DNA of 64,000 nucleotides from Candidatus Thorarchaeota archaeon (lineage in GTDB: Archaea > Asgardarchaeota > Thorarchaeia > Thorarchaeales > Thorarchaeaceae): the NCBI GenBank assembly GCA_029858305.1, contig JAOUFI010000001.1:128087-192086 (forward strand). Direction: 5' to 3'. Below the pieces are notes generated by a model that had not been told where the DNA came from, searched no databases, and saw nothing but the letters and a program-made list of their open reading frames with translations. The translations under genes were made by a program, and so were the position numbers. Positions 49,320-59,394 of the stretch are shown here, in pieces. Within the stretch, counting starts at the first letter, position 1. Every line of letters begins with the position of its first letter.

Positions 49320-49571
49320 TTATGGAGTGACAAAATCTGGTGGAAACAATACAAAGTACTCAACTACAATACAAAGAATGATTCCACCAAAGATGAGGCC
49401 ACGACCACGAGGAATATGTGCGTGAGTAAGCCAAATAATGGCACCAGTGAGTACTATAAGGACTCCCGAAACTCCACCAATAAAGATTAGAAAATCCCAG
49501 ATCTCAATAATATATCCTAGAATCAAGTCTGTAAAATTCTGAAGGGGTGATTGTAGCAATACTGGATTCAT
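49320..49571 (-). CDS. Small hypothetical membrane protein, tandem paralog 2.
   Basis: It is 83 aa. See paralog 1. Confidence 0.5.
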   Translation of the reverse strand: MNPVLLQSPLQNFTDLILGYIIEIWDFLIFIGGVSGVLIVLTGAIIWLTHAHIPRGRGLIFGGIILCIVVEYFVLFPPDFVTP

Positions 49572-49675
49572 CGTCCTCTCATTCTAATTCACAATGATTC
49601 GATTTAAAGCTCCAAAGGGAGAAAATGCAAATGAAGAGAGGAAAAGTGATAAAAATAAGCAACCAAGGTCGATAA

Positions 49676-50245
49676 CTATAGATTGTAGATCATTTCCTTC
49701 GCAAAATTCTTCGCATTTTCAATATCTTGAAGGGTAGGGTGTTTGCGAAGCTCTGGAAGATAATCATTCCATTCATCTTCGTCTGCGATGATTTCTTGAT
49801 GTATGAAATGCTCAATTGGCGGACTTGCTTTGCCCATACAATGAAAGAGTCCTAGGAGTTCTATGTCCCTCGCCTTACATGCGTTCTCGAAAGTCGGAAT
49901 GCATCGACCTGCCCATTGATCGTACAGCTCCTTTCTTCGATTGGTACCATCTGGCAAGTACGTTGAGTGTGTGAAGAAGCCCACAAGTTTGAACTTGGGA
50001 GATTTTGGTAAACGCTCTAGGAATCCTTTCACAGGTGGAGCCAAATCACTATCATGACATGGAGCTCCCACAAAAAGGAAGTCGTACTCATCTAGTGTAT
50101 CAAGGTCTACTCTGCGTACTGTTTCAATGGCTGCTTCTCCGTTATCTGAGAGAACATCAAACATTGCTTCAGCTATCATCTTTGTATTGTTGGTCTGCGT
50201 GAAGTAAGCGACTAGAGATTTCATGAGAATCCCGAAACTTGGCAA
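49676..50245 (-). CDS. Flavodoxin-like fold protein.
   Basis: The N-terminal sequence MKSLVAYFTQTNNTKMIAEAM is a flavodoxin-type T/S-x-T-G-x-T phosphate loop variant. It is 189 aa. Confidence 0.55.
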   Translation of the reverse strand: MPSFGILMKSLVAYFTQTNNTKMIAEAMFDVLSDNGEAAIETVRRVDLDTLDEYDFLFVGAPCHDSDLAPPVKGFLERLPKSPKFKLVGFFTHSTYLPDGTNRRKELYDQWAGRCIPTFENACKARDIELLGLFHCMGKASPPIEHFIHQEIIADEDEWNDYLPELRKHPTLQDIENAKNFAKEMIYNL

Positions 50246-50296
50246 GTAATAAATTCAATCTAATTATAAAATAATGAATGAAAATTCAGAAAATTA

Positions 50297-50374
50297 TGGT
50301 GGGCCCGACGCGATTTGAACGCGCGATATCCGCCTTATCAGAGCGGCGCTATAACCAGTCTAAGCCACGGGCCC
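50297..50374 (-). tRNA. tRNA-Ile (anticodon GAU) without an intron and with an encoded CCA.
   Basis: The reverse complement folds with acceptor GGGCCCG/CGGGCCC, anticodon stem CCGCU/GGCGG, loop CUGAUAA, and T-arm GCGCG-UUCAAAU-CGCGU. Confidence 0.75.
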
Positions 50375-50485
50375 CATGCGTTCGTGGTTCCGGTTTGTCT
50401 TTGTTAGCGATAAAAAGGTTATGACTGAGTGTCCTTTTTGATGTAACTAGATAATCTTTAGAGTTCCTTTTATTATAAAGAGGTC

Positions 50486-51136
50486 ATGAGGAAACAAGCT
50501 TCTGTCATTGGGATAGTTCTGGTTGTGGCTATTACAGCTGGAGTCTTCTATCTTAGAGGTTTGGATGGAGGAGAGTACATAGCTCCTTTTGATAATGAAG
50601 GACGGTACGATTCGACTATTCTCAACAATATGGGTGTAATTTACAGTAATCGATCGGACATTGCTCATTGGAACGATGGGTATAGCGAGAGTGATAGCTG
50701 CCCGTGGGGATTCATACATAATGGTCTTGATTATTTCTTTTTCAATAACTCCGATGTTGTTGCCGCTGCCCCAGGTCTTGTCGAAGATATCGATATTGGC
50801 TATATAGAGAATACTACTTTTTACAAAGTCGGAATGAAGGTTCGATTCAACGAGTCAGTGACCCTCGAGTACAGCTTTGAGGGAGAAGGAAATGAAATCC
50901 TACGAGCTCAACAAGTGGGAATGCTCAGCGTGCGGATAGGAGATTGGCTAGAAAAAGGAGATTTGATTGGTAGCTTCCTCAGGCCAGCAGAGTATGACCA
51001 TGTTCACTTCGTTGTATATCTCAACGATGTGTCCATTTGTCCAAGGCTTGTTATGGCAGAGGATGAATATACAGAGATAATGGAATTAATCGAGCTCTTT
51101 CATCCAGGAGACGGTTGGCATCTATGTTACCCATGA
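50486..51136 (+). CDS. Hypothetical exported protein with an N-terminal signal-anchor.
   Basis: It is 216 aa. The N-terminal anchor is IGIVLVVAITAGVFYL. Confidence 0.45.
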   Translation: MRKQASVIGIVLVVAITAGVFYLRGLDGGEYIAPFDNEGRYDSTILNNMGVIYSNRSDIAHWNDGYSESDSCPWGFIHNGLDYFFFNNSDVVAAAPGLVEDIDIGYIENTTFYKVGMKVRFNESVTLEYSFEGEGNEILRAQQVGMLSVRIGDWLEKGDLIGSFLRPAEYDHVHFVVYLNDVSICPRLVMAEDEYTEIMELIELFHPGDGWHLCYP

Positions 51137-51295
51137 AACAACAAAGTCGTGAAGACTTATCATAATGCTTCAGGAAAACTCCTACTGATAAAATCAGAAA
51201 CTCATAGTCGGCATGCTTGAGCTGTGTAAAGACGGTCGCTTCATCATATGAAACAGATATAGACCACGATGCAATGTAGAAAATAGGTGATTTGA

Positions 51296-51970
51296 ATGAC
51301 TGTTACAATTCGATGGTTAGCACATGCAAGTTTTCAAATAAAGACAGAAACGCAGAATGTCTACATTGATCCATCCACAAAAGACACGGGTCTGAAGAAG
51401 GATGATTTCAAACCTGCAGACTTGATATTGGTGACACACGGGCATAAAGATCATTTTGACAAGGACTTGCTCAAGAAAATCCGTAAGCCTGGAAATCCAG
51501 TGATTGCTCCAGGGGCTCTTAAAAAGGAGATGAAAGGTATTGTAATGTGGGATGTGGGTCCAGGACAATTTATGCAGATGTCTGGTGGATTCCATATTAT
51601 AGGAACTCAGGCATATAACGTGAAGCGACTTCGACCTAATGGCGAACCGTTTCACCCCAAGGGACTTGGTGCAGGATATATCCTGAAGATTGAGGAAAAG
51701 AAAATCTACCATGCTGGAGATACTGACTTAATACCAGAGATGGAACAATTGAGCACAGCTGGCATAGATGTTGCGCTGCTTCCAGCTGGAGACACATATA
51801 CAATGGATACTAAAGATGCAGCAGAAGCGGCATTGATGATCAAGCCAAAGGTCGTAATACCGATGCATCTTTGGGATAAGGATCCTACGCCTTTCAAGAC
51901 AGAAGTTGAGTCAAGGTCATCAATGAAAGTCGTCCTACTTGGAAAGGGAGAGGAATATACTATAGAATAG
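51296..51970 (+). CDS. MBL-fold metallo-hydrolase.
   Basis: The sequence LVTHGHKDHFD is the beta-lactamase fold HxHxDH motif. Confidence 0.7.
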   Translation: MTVTIRWLAHASFQIKTETQNVYIDPSTKDTGLKKDDFKPADLILVTHGHKDHFDKDLLKKIRKPGNPVIAPGALKKEMKGIVMWDVGPGQFMQMSGGFHIIGTQAYNVKRLRPNGEPFHPKGLGAGYILKIEEKKIYHAGDTDLIPEMEQLSTAGIDVALLPAGDTYTMDTKDAAEAALMIKPKVVIPMHLWDKDPTPFKTEVESRSSMKVVLLGKGEEYTIE

Positions 51971-52019
51971 ATTATGGAAAACAGGAGACTATCGTCTCCT
52001 GTGGCCAATATATTGAATT

Positions 52020-52289
52020 TCAGGGCCAAGACTTTAGTTTCTGAAGCTCATGTGCTTTGATTTTTGGATCTACCTCAAGTACCTCGACTTTGAGCATCTT
52101 GTCACCCTGCCGGTTTTTTTGGACAATGTCGAGTCCTTCGGTTGTCTGACCAAAGACCGTATGAGAGTTTATCTCTTCCCAAAAACGTGCACTCTGCACA
52201 GAGAATATTTCCTTTTTCGATTCTAAGATGAATGTCTGTTTTTCCTTTCCTAACGAAAGGTTCTCGCGTTGCTGCTCCTTCAAAAGCAA
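52020..52289 (-). pseudogene. 3' fragment of a cyclophilin-type PPIase gene. It is a degraded duplicate of the 3' end of the gene at 52843-53331.
   Basis: The translated sequence [47 protein letters not shown] is compared with the intact [47 protein letters not shown]. The nucleotide similarity continues through the stop codon (gaagctcatgt). Confidence 0.65.
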
Positions 52290-52842
52290 TATTGAGATAC
52301 GAAAGCAGTAAATCCCTCAGCTGTTCTTCTTTCAATTCAGAATGGACTTTAGGCGTTTTTTCAAAGCTGTGACCTCCATTTTTTACAAGTTTAACTACTG
52401 CTTCAATCGCAATTTTCTTGATTTCAGACTCCTTTTCCTTCTCTGTCTTTGGATACACAGGTTTGATTTCTTCTCGAACTGTGAGATTAACAAAAGTTTT
52501 GTGACCTTTGTTGAAGAGTGCCATTATGGAGCAAATCAGCACTATGTCACTCTTTTCAATGGGCTAGAAATATTGTCACCATAATGGCTGCAAAAATACA
52601 CACGATGACGCCAATGATGCCAATAATATTTCTTTTGTGTTTCAATTCTTGTTGCTCCACCATCCATATGGATGTGTATTCTCATTGGCAAAGAAGTACT
52701 TTAAGCTCTCAGTTCAACGCAACAACTCAAAAATTAATTATTCGAATATGAAAAAAAGTAAAGCGTATAGAATCATAAATTGAGAAACTTACACTTCATT
52801 TTGGAAATTTTCATATCCGTCAAGTTCATTATATTTTTTAGA

Positions 52843-53331
52843 TTATCTCCATGATTTCAATTTTTGAAGCTCATGTTTTTCAATCAAAGGGTCCACTTCC
52901 AGTACTTCCACCTTAAGCATTCTATCGCCTTGACGGATGCCATTTACAACTTCCATTCCTTCAATCACCTCTCCGAAGACTGTATGCTTTCCGTCGAGAT
53001 GTTTAGTGTTTTTCTCATCAAGGACGATAAAGAATTGACTTCCACCGGTATCCCTTCCAGCATGAGCCATTGAAAAGGCGCCAACCCTGTGTTTCTGCTT
53101 GTGTCCTCGTGTTTCACAAGGAATTGCATATCCAGGTCCACCAGATCCTGTACCTGTAGGATCACCACCTTGAATTACAAAATTATCCACAACTCTGTGG
53201 AAGGTCAATCCATCATAGTAACCACTCTGAGCAAGTGTGACGAAATTTTTGACTGTATTAATTGCATCATCATTCCAGAATTCCGCTAGAATGTTACCAC
53301 GATTTGTCTGAATTCTAATTCTTGTTGGCAA
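52843..53331 (-). CDS. Peptidyl-prolyl cis-trans isomerase, cyclophilin type.
   Basis: The motifs are [22 protein letters not shown] and [19 protein letters not shown]. Confidence 0.9.
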   Translation of the reverse strand: MPTRIRIQTNRGNILAEFWNDDAINTVKNFVTLAQSGYYDGLTFHRVVDNFVIQGGDPTGTGSGGPGYAIPCETRGHKQKHRVGAFSMAHAGRDTGGSQFFIVLDEKNTKHLDGKHTVFGEVIEGMEVVNGIRQGDRMLKVEVLEVDPLIEKHELQKLKSWR

Positions 53332-53482
53332 AGTTCAACACCTTTCAAGTAAATGTACGACCATAATCGCTTTTCTCAAGCTCATGCTTTTTTGTTCTTA
53401 GGTATTATGGAAGCTCTGTTAGAGAATAAGTTTCAGTCCCGCCTATTGGCTTATTAGCAAACACGAAGAATTCTGGAAACAG

Positions 53483-54688
53483 ATGACCATCGAAAGAGAA
53501 TACACCGAAGGCAGGATAACATTCCTGAGCGCAGATGTCGAGCACTACAGTGGAAATAAGAAACAAATCACTGCAAGCATACCTGTCTTCTACAACGAAA
53601 AGATGAGGCTCAACCGTGATATTTCGGTACTATTTCTCTCTGCGTACTTGAGAGAAAATAAAATTGAAACAATGTGTGAACCTCTAACCGGCTCTGGTGT
53701 CAGAACCCTAAGATATCTGAAAGAGTGTCCAGGAGATTTTACTGCGAAGCTATTTGATGTGAATCCAAATGCTATAGAAATTGCACGTAAGAATATCAAG
53801 TCACTGAACCTTGAAACGAGAGCTCAAGTACTCAAGGGTGATGCAAAGCTTCTATTGTTGACGGAGTCGAGAGAGAAACGATTTGATTATGTAGATGTAG
53901 ATCCCTTTGGTACGCCCGCTCCGTATGTTAATGCTGCCATTCAATCATTAAACCCAGATGGTGGACTCCTTGCCTTAACTGCAACAGACATGCCAGTACT
54001 TTGTGGAGCCTATCAAAAAGTCGCATTAAGGAGGTATGGAGGTTTCTCGGTCAGAGCTCCATTTGTGCATGAAGTTGCTGTAAGACTTCTTGAGGGATTT
54101 GCCTTTCGAGTCGCAGGTCTCAACGATTGTTCCATAACACCTCTTGCAGTTCTGAGCACAGATCATTATATCAGGACTTGGATAAAAATTGAAGCAGATA
54201 GAAAGAAGTCCAATCGTCAGACAGAGAACCTAGGTATAATCAAGTTCTGTGAGGGGTGCATGCAGACCCAAATAATCCCTCAGCCACAGAAATATGATAA
54301 CGACACATTCGAGCATGCGATGCACAACTGCAAAGGGTTGATACGTATGGCCGGTCCATTATGGATTGGGGATTTGTTCAAAATAAAACAACTAAAAGGA
54401 GCGCAGGAAATATTCAATCAGGATGATGCAAGTTATTATCACAAGCGGGTTCAAAGAATCCTAGAAGAAATGATAGAGGAACATTCACTGATTGAAATAC
54501 CGTTCATAGATCTTCATGCATTATGCGACTTGCATAATTTCACCCCACCAAAGAACTCGGATATCATCCAGTATCTCAAAACTATGGGGTATAGTGCAAC
54601 AAGAACACATTTCAGACCCACAGCAATTAGAACTAATGCCCCGGTGGCAGAAGTTGTGTCTGCGATAAAGAATCTAATGAAAAGGTGA
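53483..54688 (+). CDS. trm1: tRNA (guanine26-N2)-dimethyltransferase Trm1.
   Basis: It is about 400 aa. The SAM motif is CEPLTGSGVRTLRYL, followed by DVDPFGTPAPY. The C-terminal Cys cluster is CEGC...C. Confidence 0.8.
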   Translation: MTIEREYTEGRITFLSADVEHYSGNKKQITASIPVFYNEKMRLNRDISVLFLSAYLRENKIETMCEPLTGSGVRTLRYLKECPGDFTAKLFDVNPNAIEIARKNIKSLNLETRAQVLKGDAKLLLLTESREKRFDYVDVDPFGTPAPYVNAAIQSLNPDGGLLALTATDMPVLCGAYQKVALRRYGGFSVRAPFVHEVAVRLLEGFAFRVAGLNDCSITPLAVLSTDHYIRTWIKIEADRKKSNRQTENLGIIKFCEGCMQTQIIPQPQKYDNDTFEHAMHNCKGLIRMAGPLWIGDLFKIKQLKGAQEIFNQDDASYYHKRVQRILEEMIEEHSLIEIPFIDLHALCDLHNFTPPKNSDIIQYLKTMGYSATRTHFRPTAIRTNAPVAEVVSAIKNLMKR

Positions 54689-54694
54689 GTATGA

Positions 54695-55336
54695 ATGGGA
54701 AGACAGTCCGAGGGTGAACGACGTAAGAGAGAGTTCTACTACAGGGCTGCAAAGAAAGCAGGCTATCGAAGTAGATCAGCTTACAAAATAAAACAAATAG
54801 CCAAGAAGCATGGCATATTAAACGGGGTTGATATCGTCCTGGAACTATGCAGTTCTCCAGGAGGTTGGACTCAAGTACTTCGCGAATTAAATACGAGTCT
54901 ACAGATTGTAGCAATAGATTTGGAAGCCATGTCACCTGTTCAAGGAGTTCATTTCATCCAAGGAAGCATCCTAGATGATGAGATTATTGTCAAAGCTAAA
55001 ACTCTTACAAGGGGACATTTCGATCTTGTATTATCAGACTGTTCACCGAAAGTGTCTGGTCATTGGGAACTTGATGTTGTCAGACAGCTTGAACTAGCTA
55101 GTCGTACATTCGAGATAGGACAGCAGGTTCTTGGACCAAATGGAAAAGCCCTCGCAAAGGTGTTCCAAGGGCAGGGTTTTCAAGAATTTATGGCACAAAT
55201 CCGTTCAATGTTCCGCACAGTGAAACTAATCAAACCCGATGCATCACGCAAAACAAGTGCGGAGATATACCTACTTGCAACTGGACCATTTAGGAAAAAA
55301 TCTGATGAGAGAAGTATGGAAAAAGACACTAATTAA
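54695..55336 (+). CDS. rlmE: Ribosomal RNA large subunit 2'-O-methyltransferase RlmE (FtsJ/RrmJ).
   Basis: The sequences are YRSRSAYKIKQIAKKHGIL, VLELCSSPGGWTQV, DLVLSD and the K-D-K-E-like catalytic arrangement. Confidence 0.85.
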   Translation: MGRQSEGERRKREFYYRAAKKAGYRSRSAYKIKQIAKKHGILNGVDIVLELCSSPGGWTQVLRELNTSLQIVAIDLEAMSPVQGVHFIQGSILDDEIIVKAKTLTRGHFDLVLSDCSPKVSGHWELDVVRQLELASRTFEIGQQVLGPNGKALAKVFQGQGFQEFMAQIRSMFRTVKLIKPDASRKTSAEIYLLATGPFRKKSDERSMEKDTN

Positions 55337-55712
55337 TATCAGCGCCCACCCATTCTTCTAGTTCCCTACAAAGGACTGGAGAGTCTGGCTGTCTTACCCC
55401 ACATTTTGTGATTCTGAGACAGTGAAAACAGGGACAACCATCCATGTCAGTCAGACAACTAGGCTCCGATTCCTCTGTCAGTGCGGTCCTCGTTATGTAT
55501 CTTTCATTTTCTACTTCTTGTTTCTGCATTATCTTTCCCTCGGACATCAGAGCTGTTAGAGCTGACGTGATTTGTTCGAGACTAATGTCGAGTCTTTCTT
55601 TAAGGTCCATGATGCTAAGACCAGCCTGATCGGCGGTCTTTAACTCGTTCAGTATCTGTTCAGATACGCCGTTCATTGAAATGACCTTTTGATTGACATG
55701 CGACAACATCAA
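55329..55712 (-). CDS. Hypothetical protein with a winged-helix-like N-terminus and a C-terminal Cys-rich motif (CPCFHC...C).
   Basis: It is 127 aa. No confident family could be assigned. Confidence 0.4.
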   Translation of the reverse strand: MMLSHVNQKVISMNGVSEQILNELKTADQAGLSIMDLKERLDISLEQITSALTALMSEGKIMQKQEVENERYITRTALTEESEPSCLTDMDGCPCFHCLRITKCGVRQPDSPVLCRELEEWVGADIN

Positions 55713-55808
55713 ACAAACTACACAGACCGATATTTAACTATCGGAAGGGGCTATATATTATCGGCAAATGTCGTATTGAATTTGACAAGGATGTACACAA
55801 GCGTACAT

Positions 55809-56045
55809 TCATTTTCTATGTATATAGAGAACCTGTCCGATGAGTTTCTTGGTATCAGACTCTTTGTTTGGGCGAATTGCAACATATGGGTGTTTGACTG
55901 GTCCAAAAACGTCGACAATGATGCCTATCTCTTGCGCCCTCTTATCAAATACAATCGATTTGTTGCCTACAGGTGGAACCTTCTCAGTACGTACAATGAT
56001 TGTTCCGCGATGCGAAATCTGAAGTACTGTTCCGAGCCGTCTCAA
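55809..56045 (-). CDS. gar1: H/ACA ribonucleoprotein complex subunit Gar1.
   Basis: It is 78 aa. The sequence RRLGTVLQISHRGTIIVRTEKVPPVGNKSIVFDKRAQEIGIIVDVFGPVKHPYVAI fits the archaeal Gar1 beta-barrel. Confidence 0.8.
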   Translation of the reverse strand: MRRLGTVLQISHRGTIIVRTEKVPPVGNKSIVFDKRAQEIGIIVDVFGPVKHPYVAIRPNKESDTKKLIGQVLYIHRK

Positions 56046-56069
56046 TATCTTGTCACCTGTGACTAAATA

Positions 56070-56432
56070 CTACTTTCGGTGTTTTTTCTTTCCCTTCTTC
56101 GTGGATTCTACCAATCGCATAGACTCCCGTTTAGCAACAGCTCTTCGGACACCCTTTGCTAGCATTAGTAGAATTCTCTTCTTCTTGTGACCCTCTTCAT
56201 TCGTAACTGCAATGTACCCCTTTTTGTCAATCCAATTGCGGGGATATCTCTTGTCACGTTCAACCTCATATTCAAATCCTGATGATTCTGCAGCCTCTTC
56301 CAGAATATCTATTGTAACATCTGAAGCGGCAAGATTACTTGATATCTTTCGACCTTGTAGCCGCGTGTAGTTTTTCTCGAAATATGCTGGCCAGAATATG
56401 AGCACCCCATCGCGCTTTCTCATTCCGTACAC
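56070..56432 (-). CDS. srp19: Signal recognition particle protein SRP19.
   Basis: The sequence LIFWPAYFEKNYTRLQGRKISSNLA has the SRP19 signature (IWP.YFD...R..GR.V). It has a basic C-terminal tail. Confidence 0.75.
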   Translation of the reverse strand: MYGMRKRDGVLIFWPAYFEKNYTRLQGRKISSNLAASDVTIDILEEAAESSGFEYEVERDKRYPRNWIDKKGYIAVTNEEGHKKKRILLMLAKGVRRAVAKRESMRLVESTKKGKKKHRK

Positions 56433-56576
56433 ACCTATGTTCTGATGCTGGTTCTCTTACTATTACACTTTTTATCCTTCCCATGGGTATTGATTCTGAT
56501 GTTTTTCATCCCAAGAGGGAACTTCTTAAGCATCTGAACACGGTCGATAAATAACCGAGCACAGGATGCTGATGAG

Positions 56577-57062
56577 TTGCACAGAAAGAGTAAGGATGTA
56601 TATTTTGCAGAGATTGCCGATCTAGTATCATCTAGAAGTACGTGCCTTAGGGACCAAGTAGGAGCTGTTGTGGTGAAAGAGTCCCAGATTCTCAGCACTG
56701 GATATAACGGTGCTCCAAAAGGACTCCCACACTGTTCGGAGATTGGATGTTTAAGGGATCAGATGGGCGTAAAATCCGGAGAGCGTCATGAACTGTGTAG
56801 GGGACTACATGCAGAACAGAATGCCATTATTCAAGCGGCTTATCATGGAACGAGTGTCAGGGGAGCAAAGATGTATTGTACGACAAGACCCTGCAGTATC
56901 TGCACAAAGATGATTATCAATGCAGGTATTGTCGAAATCATCTATATTGATGGTTATGAGGATGCCTTGGCAACACAACTAGTCAAGGAGTCAGAACTCG
57001 TTGTTCGTCAGATTATGATTCCCAGAGTCTATGGCAGAAATGGTACAAACATAGCTAAATAA
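56577..57062 (+). CDS. dCMP deaminase (cytidine/deoxycytidylate deaminase family).
   Basis: HAEQNAI and [10 protein letters not shown] give the zinc-ligand H-x-E / PC-x2-C motifs. The size is 161 aa. Confidence 0.8.
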   Translation: MHRKSKDVYFAEIADLVSSRSTCLRDQVGAVVVKESQILSTGYNGAPKGLPHCSEIGCLRDQMGVKSGERHELCRGLHAEQNAIIQAAYHGTSVRGAKMYCTTRPCSICTKMIINAGIVEIIYIDGYEDALATQLVKESELVVRQIMIPRVYGRNGTNIAK

Positions 57063-57134
57063 CTCGCAAAAGCCATTTGTCGGGAAAGCTTAAAGAGTGA
57101 CTAGGTCCCAGATTTAGTTCTAGGTGCACAGTAC

Positions 57135-58049
57135 ATGGTTGAACTCCGAAATTTAATCAGCATACTTGACCTAGAGAAGAAACAGATTGATCATATTCTT
57201 GATAATGCGGCTAAAATGGAAGCTGTGGCAGTAAAAAGAAGCAAAGATTTAGATTCCAAGATTATGGCAACACTGTTTTTTGAACCATCAACACGAACTC
57301 GTCTTTCATTTGAAAGCGCAATGTTGCGACTTGGTGGAAGTGTGCTTGGATTTGCAGAGGCTGGAACCTCAAGTGCAGGTGGTAAAGGGGAAACACTTGC
57401 TGATACTATTCGTACTGTTGAAAGATACGCTGATGTAATCGTGATGCGTCACCCATTAGATGGTTCTGCTAGGGTTGCAGCAGAGTTCTCCAACATTCCT
57501 GTTATCAATGCGGGAAGTGGTTCGGAGGAACACCCAACACAGGCGCTTTTAGACCTCTACTCTATAAAGAAACTCAAGGGAAAGCTTGATGGAATATCAA
57601 TTTCCCTCTGTGGGGATTTGAAGTATGGCAGAACTGTTCATTCTCTTGGAATGGGACTTACACACTATGATGTCACCATCAAACTCGCAGCTCCGCAGTC
57701 GTTACGAATGAAACCTGCAGTGATTGAACAGATGAAAAAAGCAGGCGTGAGCGTGATTGAAGTAGAGAGTATTGAAGAAGCAGTCAAGGATACTGATGTC
57801 ATCTATATGACCCGCATTCAGAAAGAACGATTTCCAGATCCTAGAGAATACGACAAGGTGAGTGGCAAGTTTAGTATCACTGCACAAGATGTCAAATTGA
57901 TGCGAGATGATGCAATTATTTTGCATCCCCTCCCAAGAGTGGACGAATTAAGCGCGGAAGTGGATAGTTTCCCACAAGCCAAATATTTCGACCAAGTCTA
58001 CAACGGGGTCATTGTCCGCATGGCCATATTAAAGATGATTCTTGGCTAG
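57135..58049 (+). CDS. pyrB: Aspartate carbamoyltransferase catalytic subunit.
   Basis: The sequence STRTRLSFE is the carbamoyl-phosphate binding motif. HPTQALLDL and HPLPRVDEL are also present. Confidence 0.9.
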   Translation: MVELRNLISILDLEKKQIDHILDNAAKMEAVAVKRSKDLDSKIMATLFFEPSTRTRLSFESAMLRLGGSVLGFAEAGTSSAGGKGETLADTIRTVERYADVIVMRHPLDGSARVAAEFSNIPVINAGSGSEEHPTQALLDLYSIKKLKGKLDGISISLCGDLKYGRTVHSLGMGLTHYDVTIKLAAPQSLRMKPAVIEQMKKAGVSVIEVESIEEAVKDTDVIYMTRIQKERFPDPREYDKVSGKFSITAQDVKLMRDDAIILHPLPRVDELSAEVDSFPQAKYFDQVYNGVIVRMAILKMILG

Positions 58050-58771
58050 ATAGGTTCGAGGCTCCTAAGCTCTCGTATCAGAATATCCAGCGAGCCAAGC
58101 TTACTGACTGCAAGCGGTATCCGCATCTGCTCAGATAGTTCAAGTGCCAGACGATCTACCTCTCCAACGCCATGTAGAATGACCAGCGCTGGTTTAAACT
58201 CTTGAGATTTTATAGCAATCATCGGAGCTCGACCAGTATTTACATTTGTAAACAGCAAACACCGTTCAGTTGTAGCACCAAAGAGCTTTAGAAACGCATC
58301 ACTGTTGAGCTCCTTCACAGCACGTTCTACATCAACCAATGTATAGCCGTAGAGCTGTCGATCCAGGTACTTCTCTCCAGCGACGATTGTACACTTCAAC
58401 TGCTTACAGAAATTTTTCGAACTGAAAGGAGTTGAAAAATCACTCATGGCCAGCACAATATTGAGATCAACAAGACTCACGTCCATCAACCTTACAAAAG
58501 CTGCAACGGTGTGACCACCATTACGCTCATCAAGACTTAGGAGTGCCATCACAAAACGTCGTATCGTTGAGGTACCAGGAGACTTCCGTCTTCCGGATTC
58601 ATAATCGCTAATCACACTAGGGCTGATGCCGAGAAATTCTGCAAGAATGATTTGAGGAAGTCGAAACCGCTCACGCCAGACTCGCATTGCCTGGCCAGGA
58701 CTTTCTGATAATGCTATCTCACCTGCTATTCGTCTTGCAAGCCGGTCTCTGACTGATGACTGATACGACAT
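58046..58771 (-). CDS. XRE-family HTH-domain protein with an uncharacterised C-terminal domain.
   Basis: The N-terminus (QIILAEFLGISPSVISDYESGRRKSP) is HTH_XRE-like. It is 241 aa. Confidence 0.55.
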   Translation of the reverse strand: MSYQSSVRDRLARRIAGEIALSESPGQAMRVWRERFRLPQIILAEFLGISPSVISDYESGRRKSPGTSTIRRFVMALLSLDERNGGHTVAAFVRLMDVSLVDLNIVLAMSDFSTPFSSKNFCKQLKCTIVAGEKYLDRQLYGYTLVDVERAVKELNSDAFLKLFGATTERCLLFTNVNTGRAPMIAIKSQEFKPALVILHGVGEVDRLALELSEQMRIPLAVSKLGSLDILIRELRSLEPI

Positions 58772-59205
58772 TATGCGATGTTTGGAGCAGTGGGAACATA
58801 AGCATTTCGACTATTGACGATGTATAGAAGGTGCCTTTCCTAGGGTGATTAGCTATGTTTCTAGGATACCACTACTCTGAAAGAGACACAGCCATTCGGA
58901 CATTCCTCAACACAGTTACCACATTCTTTGCAATATTGCACATGTGCGATAGTTGGTTTTTCGTCTATTTTCTCGTAAACCCCATAGCGGCATGTCTTTA
59001 CGCATGTCCCGCAACCATCGCAGCAGTCATACTCAATTTTGGTAGGAATGTCAATTCACCGTGTTTGTCTTATTCAGTGTAAGTTTTGTTATTTAACGAC
59101 TTAAGACATATAGGAAATGGACATACAGAATGGCTTCAAACTGATTGCCTTTCAGCTCATTCCTACTGAAAGAGTCATCAAGATGTACAATGATACGAAA
59201 AGAAG

Positions 59206-59346
59206 TGGTGGGCCGGCCCGGATTTGAACCGGGGATCCCTTGGATTCTTGCGGGCTTGGGCAATGCCAAGCGGCGACCCAAACCAAGAATCATTTTTGGC
59301 AACCGGTCACGAGTGACGGATTGTAGCCAAGCTAGACCACCGACCC
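59206..59346 (-). tRNA. tRNA, probably Pro (anticodon UGG), with two introns: about 31 nt in the D-arm region and 32 nt at the canonical 37/38 position. It has an encoded CCA and a mature length of about 75 nt.
   Basis: The reverse complement has acceptor GGGUCGG/CCGGCCC, D-loop AGCUUGGCUA with G18G19, anticodon stem CUUGG/CCAAG, loop UUUGGG|intron|U, variable loop GGAUC, and T-arm CCCGG-UUCAAAU-CCGGG. The D-arm intron boundaries are tentative. Confidence 0.5.
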
Positions 59347-59394
59347 TTGCATTCTAGCTTCCTCTCAATTCGAGTTATAAGAATATCTCTGGAT

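Noticed and set aside
52102-52542. 146-aa ORF overlapping the cyclophilin 3' fragment in another frame.
   Set aside because: It overlaps a region whose alternative frame retains recognisable homology to cyclophilin, so it is most likely a chance ORF across a pseudogene. Low confidence either way.
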